This document shows, piece after piece, positions 7,713-12,580 of a stretch of DNA of 12,580 nucleotides. The stretch is taken from the UHGV virus genome UHGV-1654074. One strand, written 5' to 3'. The position numbers and the translations under genes were made by a program. Source of the DNA: a virus. Within the stretch, counting starts at the first letter, position 1, and every line of letters begins with the position of its first letter. The notes below the pieces were generated by a model. It worked only from the letters and a program-made list of their open reading frames with translations, was not told the DNA's origin and searched no databases.

Positions 7713-8041
7713 TGGAGACGTTTCACTGGAAAGTGCGCCCGGATATGAATGTGGTATCAGAGCCGAAAGTGGTGACAGTGAAGCTGGGCGATGGTTATGA
7801 ACAGCGTCGTGCGGCGGGACTGAATAACCAGTTGTCGACTTACAGCGTGACGATACGTGTTCGTAAATGTGAACACCCATCTTTAAAAGCCTTTCTGGAA
7901 CGGCACGGTGGCGTCCGCGCATTTCAGTGGACGCCACCTTATGACTGGAAGCCGATCAGGGTGGTTTGTCGTAAATGGTCGGCAAGCGTGGGGGCGTTGT
8001 GGGTAACCATAACGGCAGATTTTGAACAGGTCGTGGCATAG
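7712..8041 (+). CDS. M: Minor tail protein M homologue (109 aa, the same length as lambda gpM).
   Basis: 109-aa ORF coupled to the H stop. M.TF.WKV.P ... GDGY.QR ... TYSV ... WTPPY.W ... AEFEQVV pattern as in lambda gpM. Confidence 0.9.
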   Translation: METFHWKVRPDMNVVSEPKVVTVKLGDGYEQRRAAGLNNQLSTYSVTIRVRKCEHPSLKAFLERHGGVRAFQWTPPYDWKPIRVVCRKWSASVGALWVTITADFEQVVA

Positions 8042-8050
8042 GAGTCTCTG

Positions 8051-8749
8051 ATGCAGGATATTCCACAGGAAACACATCATGAGACGACACGCCTCACTCA
8101 GTCAGCCCAGGTGGTGCTCTGGGAAATCGATCTGACAGTGGTCGGTGGAGAACGTTATTTTTTCTGTAATGAGCAGAACGAAAAAGGTGAGCCGGTCACC
8201 TGGCAGGGGCGACAGTATCAGGCGTATCCCATTCAGGGGACGGGATTTGAACTGAACGGCAAGGGCAGTGCTGCCCGTCCGACACTGACGGTTTCTAACC
8301 TGCACGGCATGGTCACCGGGATGGCGGAAGACCTGCAGAGTCTGGTCGGCGGAACGGTGGTCCGGCGTAAGGTTTACGCCCGTTTTCTGGATGCGGTGAA
8401 CTTCGTCAACGGAAACAGTGACGCCGATCCGGAGCAGGAGGTGATCAGCCGCTGGCGCATCGAGCAGTGCAGCGAACTGAGCGCGGTCAGTGCCTCCTTT
8501 GTACTGTCCACGCCGACGGAAACGGATGGCGCTGTTTTTCCGGGACGTATCATGCTGGCCAACACCTGCACCTGGACCTATCGCGGTGATGAGTGCGGTT
8601 ATCACGGTCCGGCGGTCGCGGATGAATATGATCAGCCGACGTCCGATATCACGAAGGATAAATGCAGCAAATGCCTGAGCGGCTGTAAGTTTCGCAATAA
8701 CGTCGGCAACTTTGGCGGCTTCCTTTCCATTAACAAACTTTCGCAGTAA
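8051..8749 (+). CDS. L: Minor tail protein L homologue (232 aa, the same length as lambda gpL) with a C-terminal cysteine cluster.
   Basis: AGGAG 6 nt upstream. Sequence (VVLWEIDLT..GGERYFFCNEQNEKGEPVTWQGRQYQ...) closely matches my recollection of lambda gpL. Five cysteines lie in CTWTYRGDECGYHGP...DKCSKCLSGCKF. Confidence 0.9.
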   Translation: MQDIPQETHHETTRLTQSAQVVLWEIDLTVVGGERYFFCNEQNEKGEPVTWQGRQYQAYPIQGTGFELNGKGSAARPTLTVSNLHGMVTGMAEDLQSLVGGTVVRRKVYARFLDAVNFVNGNSDADPEQEVISRWRIEQCSELSAVSASFVLSTPTETDGAVFPGRIMLANTCTWTYRGDECGYHGPAVADEYDQPTSDITKDKCSKCLSGCKFRNNVGNFGGFLSINKLSQ

Positions 8750-8753
8750 ACCC

Positions 8754-9497
8754 ATGACAGAGACAGAATCAGCGATTCTGGCGCACGCCCGGCGATGTGC
8801 GCCAGCGGAGTCGTGCGGCTTCGTGGTGAGAACACCGGAGGGGGAAAGATATTTTCCCTGCGTGAATATCTCCGGTGAGCCGGAGGAGTATTTCCGGATG
8901 TCGCCGGAGGACTGGCTGCAGGCAGAAATGCAGGGTGAGATTGTGGCGCTGGTCCACAGCCACCCCGGTGGTCTGCCCTGGCTGAGTGAGGCCGACAGGC
9001 GGCTGCAGGTGCAGAGTGATTTGCCGTGGTGGCTGGTCTGCCGGGGGGCGATTCACAAGTTCCGCTGTGTGCCGCATCTCACCGGGCGGCGCTTTGAGCA
9101 CGGGGTGACAGACTGTTATACGCTGTTCCGCGATGCCTATCATCTTGCAGGTATCGATTTGCCGGATTTTTACCGACATGATGACTGGTGGAAATCAGGT
9201 CAGAATCTCTATCTGGATAATCTGGAGGCCACAGGGCTGTATCAGGTGGCGTTGTCATCAGCACAACCGGGCGATGTGCTGCTGTGCTGTTTTGGTTCAT
9301 CGGTGCCGAATCATGCCGCCATTTACTGTGGTGACAGCGAGCTGCTGCACCATATTCCTGAACAACTGAGCAAACGAGAGAGGTACACCGACAAATGGCA
9401 GCGACGCACACACTCCCTCTGGCGTCACCGGGCATGGCACGCATCTGCCTTTACGGGGATTTACAACGATTTGGCCGCCGCATCGACCTTCGTGTGA
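8754..9497 (+). CDS. K: Tail assembly protein K homologue, 247 aa from the ATG at 8754: N-terminal JAB/MPN (JAMM) metalloprotease-like domain plus C-terminal NlpC/P60-type Cys/His domain. An internal start at 8898 would give a 199-aa form.
   Basis: The JAMM motif H-x-H-x7-S-x2-D is present as HSHPGGLPWLSEAD. Candidate NlpC/P60 Cys (GVTDCYTLF) and His (NHAAIY, HH) lie downstream. The ATG at 8754 is 5 nt after the L stop; the track start at 8712 lies inside L and is unlikely. The ATG at 8898 has GGAGGA 9 nt upstream. Confidence 0.85.
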   Translation: MTETESAILAHARRCAPAESCGFVVRTPEGERYFPCVNISGEPEEYFRMSPEDWLQAEMQGEIVALVHSHPGGLPWLSEADRRLQVQSDLPWWLVCRGAIHKFRCVPHLTGRRFEHGVTDCYTLFRDAYHLAGIDLPDFYRHDDWWKSGQNLYLDNLEATGLYQVALSSAQPGDVLLCCFGSSVPNHAAIYCGDSELLHHIPEQLSKRERYTDKWQRRTHSLWRHRAWHASAFTGIYNDLAAASTFV

Positions 9498-10066
9498 AAA
9501 CGGGGGCTGAAGCCATTCGGGCGCTGGCCACACAGCTCCCGGCGTTTCGTCAGAAACTGAGCGACGGCTGGTATCAGGTACGGATTGCCGGGCAGGATGT
9601 CAGCACGTCCGGATTAACGGCGCAGTTACATGAGACTCTGCCTGATGGCGCTGTGATTCATATTGTTCCCAGAGTCGCCGGGGCCAAGTCAGGGGGTGTA
9701 TTCCAGATTGTCCTGGGAGCAGCCGCCATTGCCGGATCATTCTTTACCGCCGGAGCCACCCTTGCAGCATGGGGGGCAGCCATTGGGGCCGGTGGTATGA
9801 CCGGTATCCTGTTTTCTCTCGGTGCCAGTATGGTGCTCGGTGGTGTGGCGCAGATGCTGGCACCGAAAGCCCGGACGCCCACAGCGACCAGCACGGATAA
9901 CGGTAAGCAGAACACGTATTTCTCTTCACTGGATAACATGGTTGCCCAGGGCAATGTTCTGCCTGTTCTGTACGGTGAAATGCGCGTGGGGTCACGCGTG
10001 GTTTCTCAGGAGATCAGCACGGCAGACGAAGGGGACGGTGGTCAGGTTGTGGTGATTGGTCGCTGA
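9395..10066 (+). CDS. I: Tail assembly protein I homologue (223 aa, the same length as lambda gpI); overlaps the 3' end of K by 103 nt in a different frame.
   Basis: MAATHTLPLASPGMARICLYGDLQRFGRRIDLRVKTGAEAIRALATQLPAFRQ... matches my recollection of lambda gpI. The hydrophobic Gly/Ala-rich C-terminal half is typical. Confidence 0.85.
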   Translation: MAATHTLPLASPGMARICLYGDLQRFGRRIDLRVKTGAEAIRALATQLPAFRQKLSDGWYQVRIAGQDVSTSGLTAQLHETLPDGAVIHIVPRVAGAKSGGVFQIVLGAAAIAGSFFTAGATLAAWGAAIGAGGMTGILFSLGASMVLGGVAQMLAPKARTPTATSTDNGKQNTYFSSLDNMVAQGNVLPVLYGEMRVGSRVVSQEISTADEGDGGQVVVIGR

Positions 10067-10085
10067 TGCAAAATGTTTTATGTGA

Positions 10086-10105
10086 AACCGCCTGCGGGCG
10101 GTTTT
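10086..10105 (+). terminator. Terminator-like hairpin in the I-J spacer: stem AACCGCC/GGCGGTT, loop TGCG, followed by a T-rich tract.
   Basis: aaccgcctgcgggcggttttgtcgttt read directly; it lies 20 nt after the I stop and 22 nt before the J ATG. Confidence 0.4.
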
Positions 10106-10123
10106 GTCGTTTATGGAGCGTGA

Positions 10124-12580
<2,457 letters not shown>

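Noticed and set aside
8712-8753. Track start of K at 8712 (MAASFPLTNFRSKP...)
   Set aside because: That start lies within the 3' end of L in another frame. The ATG at 8754, immediately after the L stop, corresponds to the conserved N-terminus MTETESAIL.
8102-8755. 217-aa minus-strand ORF antisense to L
   Set aside because: It lies entirely within the well-supported L gene and has no independent signals. Antisense ORFs are frequent in GC-balanced coding DNA.

Overview
The window is about 12.5 kb of a lambda-like (lambdoid siphovirus) late structural operon, all on the + strand, bracketed at both ends by synthetic Illumina Nextera adapter sequence in inverted orientation (1-43 and 12533-12580). 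Biological sequence is therefore about 44-12532. Gene order is: putative major capsid protein, two small head-completion/head-tail joining proteins, then Z, U, V, G, G-T (programmed -1 frameshift), H (tape measure, 1021 aa), M, L, K, I and the 5' 802 codons of J. The J gene is absent from the supplied ORF track because it runs off the end of the window without a stop codon; the large minus-strand ORFs over it are antisense artefacts. Genes are tightly packed with frequent start/stop overlaps, leaving no room for moron or accessory cargo. I found no rRNA, tRNA, CRISPR array, transposase or defence system, and I do not see evidence for a previously undescribed system here. The points worth a second look are the adapter contamination, the truncated J, a non-canonical G-T slippery site, terminator-like hairpins inside the operon, a long tape measure gene, and apparent mosaicism. 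All identifications rest on reading the translations and recalling the phage lambda gene order, sizes and motifs; no database search was run.
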